The notes beneath the pieces were generated by a model. That model made no database searches. It had not been told where the DNA came from and saw only the letters and a program-made list of their open reading frames with translations. Positions 28,185 to 38,287 of a stretch of DNA of 61,416 nt are shown in pieces. Each line of letters starts with the position of its first letter. Position 1 is the first letter of the stretch. The stretch covers positions 1-61,416 of the forward strand of contig CAYFOR010000003.1 of assembly GCA_964344785.1 (NCBI GenBank). The letters run 5' to 3'. The DNA is from an uncultured Piscirickettsiaceae bacterium (lineage in GTDB: Bacteria > Pseudomonadota > Gammaproteobacteria > GCF-002020875). The translations under genes were made by a program, and so were the position numbers.

Positions 28185-31100
28185 TTAACTGGCAGCCATG
28201 GCTGCCGCCTCTTCGATATCTACCGCCACGACACGGGACACTCCAGGCTCATGCATGGTAACGCCTGAAAGCTGATCGGAGATCTCCATCGTAGCCTTGT
28301 TGTGTGTGATAAAGATAAACTGTACCTGTTCCGACATCTGTTTGACCAGACTGCAGAAGCGCCCGACATTGGCCTCATCCAGCGGCGCATCGACCTCATC
28401 CAGCATACAGAATGGGGCGGGATTCAGCTCAAAAATCGAGAATACCAGTGCCACTGCGGTCAGTGCCTTCTCACCGCCGGAGAGCAGGTGAATGGTGCTG
28501 TTGCGCTTGCCCGGTGGCTGCGCCATGATCGTCACACCAGTATCAAGCAAGTCCTGACCGGTCATCTCCAGATATGCGCGCCCGCCGCCAAAGAGTCGTG
28601 GGAAGTTATTGCGAATACCGTCATTGATCTGCTCGAAGGTCTGCTTGAACAGGCTACGGGTCTCCCGGTCGATCTTGGCAATGGCCGACTCCAGCGTCTC
28701 CAGTGCCTCCACCAGGTCATCATGCTGCTGATCGAGATACTCCTTGCGCTCCGACTCACTCTGATACTCTTCAATAGCTGCCAGATTAATCGGCCCCAGC
28801 CGCTCGATGGTGCGGGCCATCTCGTCCACATCCCGCTGCCACTGATCCGCCGTGGCCCCTTCCGGCATCTCCCTGATAAGCATATCCCGCTGATGCCCCT
28901 GCTGTTGCAACTGCTCGTCGAGTGTCTGACAGCGAACCTTCAGCTCCTGCCCTTCCATCATCTTCTGTTCATGGAGCGTACGCAGCTCCTGTACATCTCT
29001 CTCCGCCTCCAGCCGTTGGCGGTCCTGTTCACGGAGCTGGTGCTCAATCTCCTCCAGCTGACGGCGTGCATCCGCCAATTCATTCTCAACCACCAACTGT
29101 TGTGCCAGATGGCTCTCCAATACCTGCTGCAGCTCCTCCTGGGGCTTCTCCAGCTCTGCAATCATCTGCTGCAGTTCCCCTCTTCTCGCATCACTGTTCC
29201 TGAGCTGTTCCTCCATCCGGATCAGTCCACTGCGGGTGGACTCCAGGCGGGTTCGTGCCGACTCGACCTGCACATTCAGCCGATGAAGCTGATCTCTCTT
29301 TTCACGAGCACGAGCACGTGCCTGCTCCATCGTCTTGCGCAGCCCATCCCGTTTTGACTCCATCTCGGTACGTTGCGTCTCAACCGCGGCCATCGCCTCC
29401 AGCGCATCCTCCAGTTGCTGGCGCCGAACATTGATCTCCTCTTCTGCCTGGCTGGCAAGCTCGGAGACCTGTTGCAACTCCTCATCAATACGCTCACGCC
29501 TCTGGTTCGCCTGCTCCTGGCGCGCCTGCTTGCCACTCAGGTCGGTCTTCAGAGAGGTAATCCGGGCACTGCCCCTGTCGATGGTCTGCTGCAATAACTC
29601 CAATTCTCGCTCGGATTGAGTGAACTGCTCCCGGCCTGCCGTACGTTCCGCTTCCAACTTCTCGATGGCTGCCTTACGTTCTGCAATCTCCTGTTGCAAT
29701 CCTCGAATGGTTTGCTCTCTCTGTAGCACCCCCTCTTCATGGTCGTCATCCCGGCGTACCTGTGACCAACCGGCCCCAATACACAAACCATCACGGGTCA
29801 CCAAAGAGGCACCCGGTGGTAATGCAGAGCGTAGCTGCATCGCCTGTTCCAGCCCCTCCACTGCATAGATCCCATGCAACAGTCCACCAAGTCCACCAAT
29901 TGCCAATTCGGATTCAACCAGCCCACTCAACGGAACAGCACCCGACAGAGCGGCTTCAGGCTGCACATCGGTACCTTGCTGAACAAACCGAATCTCTCCC
30001 TTCTGCAACGTGGCCGCCTGCTGCAACAGTGGCTCATCGCTGCTGACCACTACCGCTTCAAGGTTTCCCTCTAAAACAGCCTCGACCGCACGCTCCCAGC
30101 CTGCTGCCACCGTCATCTGCTCTGCCAATCTGGGGGCATCACCAATATTATGCTTCTGCAACCACTGTGTAATCCCTTTGCGATCTCTTCCCAGTGCATC
30201 CTGCTGCAGTGCCTCCAGCGAGGTCAGACGGCCGCTCAAACGCTGCAGCCTTCCCTGCTCGCTACTGAGCTGCTCACTCAACCGCCGGTTTCGCTCACGC
30301 TGTTCGGTGAGTGTTTGTCGTAACTGTTGTCCCTGGACTCGCTGCTGTTCAAGCTGCTGTTCTGCCTCGATCAACTGCTGCTGCATCGACTCCAGTTCGG
30401 ACGCATCGATTGCCGGTAGCCGCGCCTGCTCTTCCAGCAGGCGCTGGCGCTGACGCTCTCCGTTGGACTGCTGCCGCTCCATCTGCCCGATATGGGAGCG
30501 GGCAATCTCCGCATCCTTCTTGGGTTCACCGGCAGAGCGGTTGAACTGCTCCATTTCACTCTGCCACTGATGCCACATCTGCTCAGCCTGCTCCCAATCC
30601 GTATTGAGAATTTCATCCTCCTGCTTCAGATGCTGCAGTTGCGGTTCATCCTGTTGCAGTTGCTGCTCCAGTTCGACGATCCGCTGCTGGTCGGTCTTCA
30701 TCACCCCATTGGTCTCGTGCCAGGCCGTCTCCACCTGTTCCAGGTCTTCCTGCAGCATCGTCTGACGCTCCCGAACTCCCTTCAGGTTCTGTTCATCTCT
30801 CGCAATCTCGGCACCCACCGCATAGAACCGCCCCTGAATCTCGTTGAACTGTTCGTTCGCATCGTGGTGCTGTTCTCGCCCCTTCTCGATCTTCGCCTCA
30901 ATACCACGCTGTTGTGCCAGCCGCTCCTGTACCGCCAGTTCGGCCTCTCGAATACGCTTCTGCTGTTCTGCAGACTGCTGATCGAAGCGCTGCCACTGGA
31001 GCGCCAACAACTGTGCCTGCAGCAGGCGCTCCTGCTGTTTCAATACACGGTATCGCTTGGCAATGCGGGACTGTCTCTCCAGTCGACGCAACTGCTTGTC

Positions 31101-31703
31101 GAGTTCTTCCCGAAGGTCGTTGATTCGGTCCAGATTTTCGCGAGTATGGCGAATCCGGTTTTCGGTCTCGCGCCGACGCTCCTTGTATTTGGAGATCCCG
31201 GCCGCCTCTTCAATCAGCACTCGCAGATCGTCCGGTTTCGCCTCGACGAACCGTGAGATCATCCCCTGCTCAATGATGGCATAGCTGCGTGGGCCGAGAC
31301 CGGTTCCCAAAAACAGATCCATGATGTCACGGCGCCGACACTTGGTCCCGTTCAGATAGTAGTTGGACTTGCCATCACGCGAGGCCTTGCGCTTTACCGA
31401 GATCTCCGCAAAGCTGGCGTACTGCCCCTGTAACTTTCCATCACTATTGTCGAACACCAGTTCAACCGTGGCGGATCCGACCGGCTTGCGTGCGCTGGAG
31501 CCATTGAAGATCACATCCGACATCGAGTCGCCACGCAGCTGCTTGGCCGAACTCTCTCCCATCACCCAGCGAACCGCGTCGATGATATTGGATTTTCCGC
31601 ACCCATTGGGGCCGATCACTCCAACCAGATTACTGGGAAAAGAGACCGCGGTGGGGTCAACAAAGGATTTGAATCCGGCCAGTTTGAGGGTCTTGAGTCG
31701 CAT
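28185..31703 (-). CDS. smc: Chromosome partition protein SMC
   Basis: 1172 aa. Walker A GPNGCGKSN, long coiled coils, hinge, signature LSGGEKALTA, Walker B FCMLDEVDAPLD. Confidence 0.95.
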   Translation of the reverse strand: MRLKTLKLAGFKSFVDPTAVSFPSNLVGVIGPNGCGKSNIIDAVRWVMGESSAKQLRGDSMSDVIFNGSSARKPVGSATVELVFDNSDGKLQGQYASFAEISVKRKASRDGKSNYYLNGTKCRRRDIMDLFLGTGLGPRSYAIIEQGMISRFVEAKPDDLRVLIEEAAGISKYKERRRETENRIRHTRENLDRINDLREELDKQLRRLERQSRIAKRYRVLKQQERLLQAQLLALQWQRFDQQSAEQQKRIREAELAVQERLAQQRGIEAKIEKGREQHHDANEQFNEIQGRFYAVGAEIARDEQNLKGVRERQTMLQEDLEQVETAWHETNGVMKTDQQRIVELEQQLQQDEPQLQHLKQEDEILNTDWEQAEQMWHQWQSEMEQFNRSAGEPKKDAEIARSHIGQMERQQSNGERQRQRLLEEQARLPAIDASELESMQQQLIEAEQQLEQQRVQGQQLRQTLTEQRERNRRLSEQLSSEQGRLQRLSGRLTSLEALQQDALGRDRKGITQWLQKHNIGDAPRLAEQMTVAAGWERAVEAVLEGNLEAVVVSSDEPLLQQAATLQKGEIRFVQQGTDVQPEAALSGAVPLSGLVESELAIGGLGGLLHGIYAVEGLEQAMQLRSALPPGASLVTRDGLCIGAGWSQVRRDDDHEEGVLQREQTIRGLQQEIAERKAAIEKLEAERTAGREQFTQSERELELLQQTIDRGSARITSLKTDLSGKQARQEQANQRRERIDEELQQVSELASQAEEEINVRRQQLEDALEAMAAVETQRTEMESKRDGLRKTMEQARARAREKRDQLHRLNVQVESARTRLESTRSGLIRMEEQLRNSDARRGELQQMIAELEKPQEELQQVLESHLAQQLVVENELADARRQLEEIEHQLREQDRQRLEAERDVQELRTLHEQKMMEGQELKVRCQTLDEQLQQQGHQRDMLIREMPEGATADQWQRDVDEMARTIERLGPINLAAIEEYQSESERKEYLDQQHDDLVEALETLESAIAKIDRETRSLFKQTFEQINDGIRNNFPRLFGGGRAYLEMTGQDLLDTGVTIMAQPPGKRNSTIHLLSGGEKALTAVALVFSIFELNPAPFCMLDEVDAPLDEANVGRFCSLVKQMSEQVQFIFITHNKATMEISDQLSGVTMHEPGVSRVVAVDIEEAAAMAAS

Positions 31704-31883
31704 CTACCAGTGAACATCCAGAACCGCGCCAGCGCGGCATCACTTTCTACAAGCAGCGGGCCAGACGGGAAAAAGGATGCGTATAATAGCACTCTGACCA
31801 CACCACATCCACCAAACAATCAACTTAAAGTAAATCAAATAATACACTGTTTTTAATGAACACATATTTGCGGAATCAATAAG

Positions 31884-32294
31884 ATGCCATCACAACCGAG
31901 CAAGACACTGGAGACCTTTGACAATCCCAATCCGGAGCGGGACTACACCATCCGCATACACACCCCTGAATTTACCTGCAACTGCCCACTCACCGGTCAG
32001 CCCGATTTTGCAACCATGGACCTGGAGTATGTCCCCGACCAGCGCTGTGTGGAGTTGAAGTCGTTCAAGCTATATATCTGGTCCTACCGCAATGAGGGCG
32101 CCTTTCATGAGGCGGTGACCAACCAGATTCTCAACGACCTGGCAGCAGTAACCGAGCCACGCTTCATGCGCCTCACTGCTACCTTCAATGTCCGGGGCGG
32201 GGTCTATACCACGGTTGTTGCCGAACACCAGGCAGATGACTGGAACCCCAAACCGGTTGTACAGCTACCTGGAGCTTCACCGACCCCCAACTGA
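31884..32294 (+). CDS. queF: NADPH-dependent 7-cyano-7-deazaguanine reductase (short, type I)
   Basis: 136 aa. Catalytic-Cys context CPLTGQPDF and QueF motif [14 protein letters not shown]. Confidence 0.9.
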   Translation: MPSQPSKTLETFDNPNPERDYTIRIHTPEFTCNCPLTGQPDFATMDLEYVPDQRCVELKSFKLYIWSYRNEGAFHEAVTNQILNDLAAVTEPRFMRLTATFNVRGGVYTTVVAEHQADDWNPKPVVQLPGASPTPN

Positions 32295-32307
32295 TCCGTT
32301 TCGTTCA

Positions 32308-33591
32308 GTGACCATCCATATTGGTATTGACCTCGGCACCTCCGGTTGTCGAGCGGTTGCAATTGATGCCGATGGAGCGGTCGTTGCCGAACAGCGTCAG
32401 CCCCTGCCTCCACCGCAGCATCCAGAGGATGGTTTTTATCAGCAGAACCCCCAGCTCTGGTGGGAGAGCATACTATCACTGCTTGACCAGCTGATTCCCA
32501 CCCTTCCCAACGCACCGATTGATTCACTGTGCGTGGACGGCACCTCTGCAACCCTGCTGCTCTGTGATCGGTCAGGAACACCACTCACCCCTGCGCTGAT
32601 GTACAACGATCGACGCGCCACGGTTGAGGCTGATCGGATCAGTACCATCGCGCCACAGCAAAGTGGTGCGCACGGAGCCACCTCATCTGCATCGAAACTG
32701 CTTTGGATCCTGAAAAATTACCCAATAAATAACAATAATATATTTGCACTTCATCAAGCCGATTGGATCAGTAACCGACTGGCTGACCAGTTCGGCTGGA
32801 GTGATGAAAACAATACCCTGAAGATGGGATACGATCCCATCCAACGCTGCTGGCCAGAGTGGATGGAGACACTGCAGCTTCCCGAAAAGATATTGCCCAG
32901 GGTCGTCCAACCGGGGACAACCTATGGGCACCTTCAGGAGAGCTTGCTGCAACGCTGGAACATCGACCAGGATACCCCTGTAAAGATCTGTGCCGGAACA
33001 ACCGACAGCATCGCCGCTACCATCGCCTGCGGGATCAGCAAACCGGGCGAGGCGGTGACCTCACTCGGGACCACCATGGTATTGAAGATACTCTCCAGAA
33101 AACCGGTCTTTGAAAAAGCGTCAGGAATCTATAGCCACCGCCTGGGCAACCAGTGGCTCGTCAGCGGTGCTTCGAATGCCGGTGCGGGTGTACTGCTCCA
33201 GTACTTTACGGTCGAAGAGATTGAAACATTGAGCAGACAGATCGATCCACTTTCTCACACCGGCCTGGACTACTATCCACTGCCTGCCGTGGGTGAGCGT
33301 TTCCCTTATGCCGACCCAACGCTCTCCCCCCGTCTGACCCCTCGCCCGGCAGAAGATCATCAATTCCTGCAAGGCATGTTCGAAGGGTTGAGTGGTATTG
33401 AGGCCACCGGCTATCAAAAAATGGAGGCCCTGGGTGCCCCCGCTCTGAAACGGGTGGTCACTGCCGGTGGTGGTGCAAATAACCCGCACTGGACGGCACT
33501 GCGACGACAGCAACTCGCCGTCCCGATTGTCACCGCATCTCATACAGAAGCTGCCTACGGAGCGGCACTACTTTGCCTCTCTTCATCATAA
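32308..33591 (+). CDS. FGGY-family carbohydrate kinase
   Basis: GTG 32308 chosen (VTIHIGIDLGTSGCRAVAID). The ORF-track start at 32188 would overlap queF. Internal GTTDSIAA, and a C-terminal GGGANNP-type motif. Confidence 0.8.
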   Translation: MTIHIGIDLGTSGCRAVAIDADGAVVAEQRQPLPPPQHPEDGFYQQNPQLWWESILSLLDQLIPTLPNAPIDSLCVDGTSATLLLCDRSGTPLTPALMYNDRRATVEADRISTIAPQQSGAHGATSSASKLLWILKNYPINNNNIFALHQADWISNRLADQFGWSDENNTLKMGYDPIQRCWPEWMETLQLPEKILPRVVQPGTTYGHLQESLLQRWNIDQDTPVKICAGTTDSIAATIACGISKPGEAVTSLGTTMVLKILSRKPVFEKASGIYSHRLGNQWLVSGASNAGAGVLLQYFTVEEIETLSRQIDPLSHTGLDYYPLPAVGERFPYADPTLSPRLTPRPAEDHQFLQGMFEGLSGIEATGYQKMEALGAPALKRVVTAGGGANNPHWTALRRQQLAVPIVTASHTEAAYGAALLCLSSS

Positions 33592-33623
33592 ACACAACAA
33601 TAATTATTATAAAATATAATTAT

Positions 33624-33651
33624 TTTACAAGATTATAGAATTCTATATAAT
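33624..33651 (+). promoter_or_regulatory. Near-consensus sigma70-type promoter for the small secreted protein gene
   Basis: TTTACA (33624-33629), 16-nt spacer, TATAAT (33646-33651), preceded by a very AT-rich tract (33592-33622). The region is AT-rich enough that chance matches are possible. Confidence 0.45.
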
Positions 33652-33741
33652 TCACTCCATCAGGTTACTAGAGGCAGGTTGAACATCAAGCATCAACCTG
33701 CTCCACTTATTTAAGAATTATATATTTATTGGAGATTTATC

Positions 33742-34074
33742 ATGAAAAAGATTATTGCTGCTATCGCTCTTACTGCTGTTGCTGCCAACGCTTCTGCGTT
33801 CTTCAGCGGAGATGACAACGAGTCTGGTTACGGCACCGGTTCTGCTGATGGTGCTTTCGATGGCAAGGCACGTGGCGCTGGAAAGGGAGCTGCGGATGCC
33901 GAAGGTAACTTCAGCATGACCATCAACGCTTCTGGTAAGGGTTCTTCCGACATCCAGTCTGACATGGACGTTGCCGAGAACAGCCGCTTCAAGGGTGCTT
34001 CTGATCTGCGCACCGAGAGCTATGCTGCTCATCCTTACTATGGTGTTGCTCCTCACCACACCACTATCAAGTAA
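33742..34074 (+). CDS. Small secreted Gly/Ala/Ser/Asp-rich protein of unknown function
   Basis: 110 aa. Signal peptide MKKIIAAIALTAVAANASA/FF. GGAG lies 7 nt before the ATG. 15 of 21 Ala codons are GCT and 8 of 14 Gly codons are GGT. A strong terminator follows. Confidence 0.75.
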   Translation: MKKIIAAIALTAVAANASAFFSGDDNESGYGTGSADGAFDGKARGAGKGAADAEGNFSMTINASGKGSSDIQSDMDVAENSRFKGASDLRTESYAAHPYYGVAPHHTTIK

Positions 34075-34119
34075 GACGGTTTATGGGGGTCTAACCCCGG
34101 GGTGAGTACTCCGAGAGTA

Positions 34120-34428
34120 CTATTGGGCCGATGGATCTGATGGATCCATCGGCTCTTTTTGTTTCCGTCCCCATAACAGCCAGAGCATCACACGCAGCAG
34201 TACAAATACCGCCGTGTAGTAGAGTGCGGCAATAATCAGAATCAATGGCAGCCCGAGCAGGATCTCCATCAACTGCGGGCTTTCCGTCAACGAAACCAAT
34301 GCCCCTTTTTCAAAGAGCACCCACCAGAACCAGTAGAGCACACCAAGCCCCCCTATCCACTCACCAAGGCGCTGAATTTGTGGAGGGAGCTGAAGGGCTC
34401 TGAACTGTTGCAGATTCACCCTTGCCAC
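34120..34428 (-). CDS. Small two-TM membrane protein (hypothetical)
   Basis: 102 aa. Two hydrophobic segments (WIGGLGVLYWFWWVLF; ILLGLPLILIIAALYYTAVFVLL). The ATG overlaps the upstream aminotransferase stop by 13 nt. Confidence 0.5.
   Translation of the reverse strand: MARVNLQQFRALQLPPQIQRLGEWIGGLGVLYWFWWVLFEKGALVSLTESPQLMEILLGLPLILIIAALYYTAVFVLLRVMLWLLWGRKQKEPMDPSDPSAQ
34127..34160 (+). terminator. Rho-independent terminator of the small secreted protein gene
   Basis: Perfect 11-bp stem gccgatggatc (34127-34137) / gatccatcggc (34143-34153), 5-nt loop, then tcttttt. It lies inside the 3' end of the convergent minus-strand ORF 34120..34428. Confidence 0.75.
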
Positions 34429-35591
34429 CCCGTAGATTGCAGAAACCGGTGAATACGCTCTACTCCCTGCTGCAGTCGGCCCAGAGAGACGGTATAGGCA
34501 AAACGGACCCAGTGGTCTGCATCTTCCGTGGCAAAGTCCTTGCCTGGTGTAATCGCAACACCAGCCTGCTCCAGCAAACTCATCGCCAATTCACTGCTGT
34601 CGTTACTGAATGCACTGCAATCTGCATAGAGATAAAAGGCACCCTCAGGCAGATGATCAATTCTGAAACCGATACGATTCAACTCTTTGAAAAGAAAATC
34701 TCTTCTTTCCCTGAAGGCGTCTCTGCGGGACAGGAGAATCGCCTCGACCTCCGGGTCGAGCGCGCTCAGTGCCGCATGCTGTGATGGCGTCGGTGCCGCC
34801 AGAAAGAGATTCTGGGCAAGCCGGTCAATTCCCTCAACAGATTCGGATGGTGCAACCAGCCAGCCAAGACGCCAGCCGGTCATCCCGTAATATTTGGAAA
34901 AGCTGTTGACCACATACACCGTACCCGGCAGGTTGACCGCACTACTCACCTGCCCTTCATAGGTCAGTCCATGATAGATCTCATCGACAACCAGAATTCC
35001 ACCCTCTGCAGCCACAAACTCTGCAATCTTTTGCAGCTCCAACGGATCGATCACGGTCCCGGTCGGGTTCGAAGGAGATGAGATCATCACCAATCGACTC
35101 TTCTCGCCCCAGTGTGCCTTGACCAGATCGGCAGTCAGCTGAAAGCGTTCAACAGGCCCGACAGGAATCGTCAACGGTTCTCCTCCAAACAGGTGAATAA
35201 AATGGCGATTACACGGATAGCCAGGATCTGCAAGCAGCACCTGATCCCCCGAATTCACCACCAGTGCAACCACAAGCTGCAGCGCACCGGATGACCCGGG
35301 AGTCACCACGATCCGTTGCGGATCAACCATCTCTCCATATCGTTGCCGGTATTGGACAGCAATCTTTTCCCGTAACTGCGGCAGCCCAAGTGCCGGGGTA
35401 TAGTGGTGGTGTCCCTGCTGCAGCGCACGAACACCTGCATCAACTACCGGCTGTGGAGTCTCAAAGTCGGGCTCACCAATCTCCATGTGGATGATGGAAC
35501 GCCCCTCGGCCTCCAGCGCCCGCGCACGAGCCAGGATATCCATAACATGAAACGGCTCGATCACCTGCATTCGATTGGAGTAGGAGGTCAC
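34416..35591 (-). CDS. Class I/II PLP-dependent aminotransferase
   Basis: 391 aa, GTG start. NPTG motif (SPSNPTGTV) and PLP-lysine context SFSKYYGMTGWRLGW. Confidence 0.85.
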   Translation of the reverse strand: MTSYSNRMQVIEPFHVMDILARARALEAEGRSIIHMEIGEPDFETPQPVVDAGVRALQQGHHHYTPALGLPQLREKIAVQYRQRYGEMVDPQRIVVTPGSSGALQLVVALVVNSGDQVLLADPGYPCNRHFIHLFGGEPLTIPVGPVERFQLTADLVKAHWGEKSRLVMISSPSNPTGTVIDPLELQKIAEFVAAEGGILVVDEIYHGLTYEGQVSSAVNLPGTVYVVNSFSKYYGMTGWRLGWLVAPSESVEGIDRLAQNLFLAAPTPSQHAALSALDPEVEAILLSRRDAFRERRDFLFKELNRIGFRIDHLPEGAFYLYADCSAFSNDSSELAMSLLEQAGVAITPGKDFATEDADHWVRFAYTVSLGRLQQGVERIHRFLQSTGWQG

Positions 35592-36352
35592 TACCTTGCC
35601 CAGAGTTCACGCACCCAGTCGAGATCAAGACAGGGCTTGCCAGCGCCCTCTCCTTGCAACACACTGCAGGGGTCATCGACCTCACCCATCTTGTCGAGCA
35701 CCAGCACCGCCTCGCTGAAGTCTTCATCGGCGGTGTAACCATTGACCGTAACAATGGTCTTCAGACCTGCCGCCCTGGAAGAACGGATGCCATTGGAAGA
35801 GTCTTCAAAGGCGATACATTCATTTGGGGACAATCCCATCTTCTCCATCACATGGTTGTAGATGTCCGGTGCAGGCTTCTTGGCAGGTACCACATCTCCG
35901 GCCCCGATCACCTCAAACCACGACTCGGCACCGGGAAAAAGGGCATTTTCCAATAGAGCAGAGACATTTTGTGGAGTGGTGGTCGTGGCAATGGCCAACG
36001 GCACCCCCGCATCATGTGCCTCTGTCAGCAGGCGACGTACTCCACTGCGCAACGGTATTCTACCGGCGGCCATCAGCTCAACAAAGTGACGGGTCTTCGC
36101 CGCATGCAGCCCGGCAATCCACGAAGCCAGATCCTCCACCTCGGGCCTCACCGGGTTGTACTGGTCAATATATTTACGGATACGCTCCTTCCCTCCGGTC
36201 ACGGCAAGCAGTTCACCATACAGTGCCTCACTCCACTCCCATTCAAGCCCCGCCTCCGCAAAAGCAAGATTGAAGGCCACCCGGTGACCATCCCGCTCCG
36301 TATCCGCCAATGTTCCATCTACATCAAAGATCAGTGCCTTCATCCATTCCAC
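35591..36352 (-). CDS. HAD-superfamily phosphatase, CbbY-like
   Basis: KALIFDVDGTLADTERDGHRVAFNLAF (DxDG motif). The start may be ATG 36343 instead of 36352. Confidence 0.75.
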   Translation of the reverse strand: MEWMKALIFDVDGTLADTERDGHRVAFNLAFAEAGLEWEWSEALYGELLAVTGGKERIRKYIDQYNPVRPEVEDLASWIAGLHAAKTRHFVELMAAGRIPLRSGVRRLLTEAHDAGVPLAIATTTTPQNVSALLENALFPGAESWFEVIGAGDVVPAKKPAPDIYNHVMEKMGLSPNECIAFEDSSNGIRSSRAAGLKTIVTVNGYTADEDFSEAVLVLDKMGEVDDPCSVLQGEGAGKPCLDLDWVRELWAR

Positions 36353-36549
36353 TCCTTGTAATATCTGTCACTCCATTCAAAACCGAATCATCAACAAAGT
36401 ACCGTTTCCACCGGACACGTTATAAGATGGTACTGTTATTCACCCCATAAACAAAACAGCAATCATCAAAAGGACGATAAGCAGTTGCCAGACCCCAAAC
36501 AATCTGGTATCAATGCGCCCTTCCTAAAAGATGGCAGGAGCAGGAGAAA

Positions 36550-36981
36550 ATGGCCACAGCAAAAAAACAGTCATCGCTGATTGGTGGAATCGCCCCTTAT
36601 CAACCGAAAAAGGGCGAAGAGTACATGAACGAGAACCAGAAGAAGCACTTTGAAGAGATTCTTCTGGCCTGGAAAAAACAACTGATGGAAGAGGTTGACC
36701 GCACGGTAAACCATATGCAGGATGAGACCGCAAATCTCCCTGATCCAAGTGACCGTGCCACCTTGGAGGAGGAGTTCTCACTTGAACTGAGAACACGTGA
36801 CCGTGAACGCAAGCTGATCCGCAAGATCGAAAAGACCCTGCATGAGCTGGAAAACGATGAATACGGCTACTGCGAATCGTGCGGTGTCGAGATCGGTATT
36901 CGTCGCCTGGAGGCCCGTCCTACCGCCACGCTCTGTATTGACTGCAAGGAACTGGAAGAGATCAAGGAGAAGTCGGCCTGA
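36550..36981 (+). CDS. dksA: RNA polymerase-binding transcription factor DksA
   Basis: 143 aa. Acidic tip [11 protein letters not shown] and C4 zinc finger CESCG...CIDC. Confidence 0.9.
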   Translation: MATAKKQSSLIGGIAPYQPKKGEEYMNENQKKHFEEILLAWKKQLMEEVDRTVNHMQDETANLPDPSDRATLEEEFSLELRTRDRERKLIRKIEKTLHELENDEYGYCESCGVEIGIRRLEARPTATLCIDCKELEEIKEKSA

Positions 36982-37015
36982 CCCCTATCGGCGGCGTACC
37001 AGTGGCTAGGGGGCC

Positions 37016-37321
37016 CTACTTCAGCTCCTCACACTCCTCACGTATTTTCAGACTGTTGCTTTCTGCAAACTCCTGCACAAAAGCAAAGGCGTGAGGGTCC
37101 TTCTCAGCCAGCCGGTGCTCGATCACCAGACACCTCTCACCATTGATGATGCGAGGGCGCGCGCAATCCCGATAACGGAGGTTCTTTCCCTCGCCATACT
37201 GAGCAATTTGCGAAGAGATACGCTCAATCCAGTCACTTGGACGGAACTTGGCACCATCCTCCTTCATCCCCTCAATAACCGTTCGACAATCTTCCTGCTG
37301 CTCTTCATTGTTTGACATCAC
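37016..37321 (-). CDS. Conserved hypothetical protein (possibly DUF3579-like)
   Basis: 101 aa. The FRPSDWIERIS motif is what I associate with DUF3579, but the family assignment is from memory only. Confidence 0.5.
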   Translation of the reverse strand: MMSNNEEQQEDCRTVIEGMKEDGAKFRPSDWIERISSQIAQYGEGKNLRYRDCARPRIINGERCLVIEHRLAEKDPHAFAFVQEFAESNSLKIREECEELK

Positions 37322-37381
37322 TGTAGCCCCACACTAAAACCCTTCCGACATGGCTGCCACACTATAGAATAGCGTCAAACT

Positions 37382-38287
37382 GTGCAACAGGAAAAAGAGC
37401 CCAACATTGTCGGCCGATTTGCCCCCTCACCGACCGGTCCGCTCCATTTCGGTTCATTGATTGCCGCCCTTGGCAGCTATATGGAGAGCAAATCACGGGG
37501 CGGGAAGTGGCTGCTTCGAATGGAAGATCTCGATCCACCCCGTACCGTTGCCGGAGCAGCCGATGAGATCCTGCGAAGTCTGGAGCAGCACCAACTCCAT
37601 TGGGATGGAGCCGTACTCTATCAGAGCAGGCGCAGTGAGCTCTACCAACAGGCACTGGAACAGCTCGACCATCAACACTGTCTATTTGGCTGTCGCTGCA
37701 CACGCAAACAGCTCAAGGAGGCCCCGATCTACCCCGGTCACTGCAGAACAGCCGATCTGCCGCTACAGAGCCACGCGGTTCGTATCCAATGCAGGAAACA
37801 GACACTCTCGATTGAGGATCACTGGCAGGGAAGGCGGCAATGGCAACTCGAACAGGAGATTGGTGACTTTGTGATTCGTCGGGCTGATGGGCTCTATGCC
37901 TATCAACTGGCCGTGGTCGTCGACGACCACCTGCAGGGGGTCACTGAAGTCATCCGCGGCAGCGACCTGCTGGACTCAACCCCCCGACAGCTCTATCTGC
38001 AACAGATGCTGGGATATCCAACACCACACTATGGCCACTTGCCGGTTGCCACCCATGCCAACGGACAGAAACTGAGCAAACAGAATCTGGCTCCTCCGCT
38101 CGACAACAGCACTCCTGCCGAAAACATCGCCAAGGCCTTCACCTTTCTCGGTCACCCGCCCCCACCCCGTCTCTCGCTGGGATCGCTCTGGGAGTGGGCC
38201 TTCACCGCGTGGGACAGCAGCGCCATTCCCAGCCGCATGAACATTGCCATCAGGGTAGACACAGAGAATGGGTGTAGAATAGTTTGA
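37382..38287 (+). CDS. gluQ: tRNA glutamyl-Q(34) synthetase
   Basis: 301 aa, GTG start. GRFAPSPTGPLHFGSL HIGH-type motif. GluRS catalytic-domain-only length. Confidence 0.9.
   Translation: MQQEKEPNIVGRFAPSPTGPLHFGSLIAALGSYMESKSRGGKWLLRMEDLDPPRTVAGAADEILRSLEQHQLHWDGAVLYQSRRSELYQQALEQLDHQHCLFGCRCTRKQLKEAPIYPGHCRTADLPLQSHAVRIQCRKQTLSIEDHWQGRRQWQLEQEIGDFVIRRADGLYAYQLAVVVDDHLQGVTEVIRGSDLLDSTPRQLYLQQMLGYPTPHYGHLPVATHANGQKLSKQNLAPPLDNSTPAENIAKAFTFLGHPPPPRLSLGSLWEWAFTAWDSSAIPSRMNIAIRVDTENGCRIV

Noticed and set aside
31704-31883. preQ1 riboswitch upstream of queF
   Set aside because: I could not find the compact preQ1 aptamer hairpin with an A-rich tail. The leader is unstructured by eye. A TATAAT at 31783-31788 lacks a convincing -35, so no promoter call is made either.
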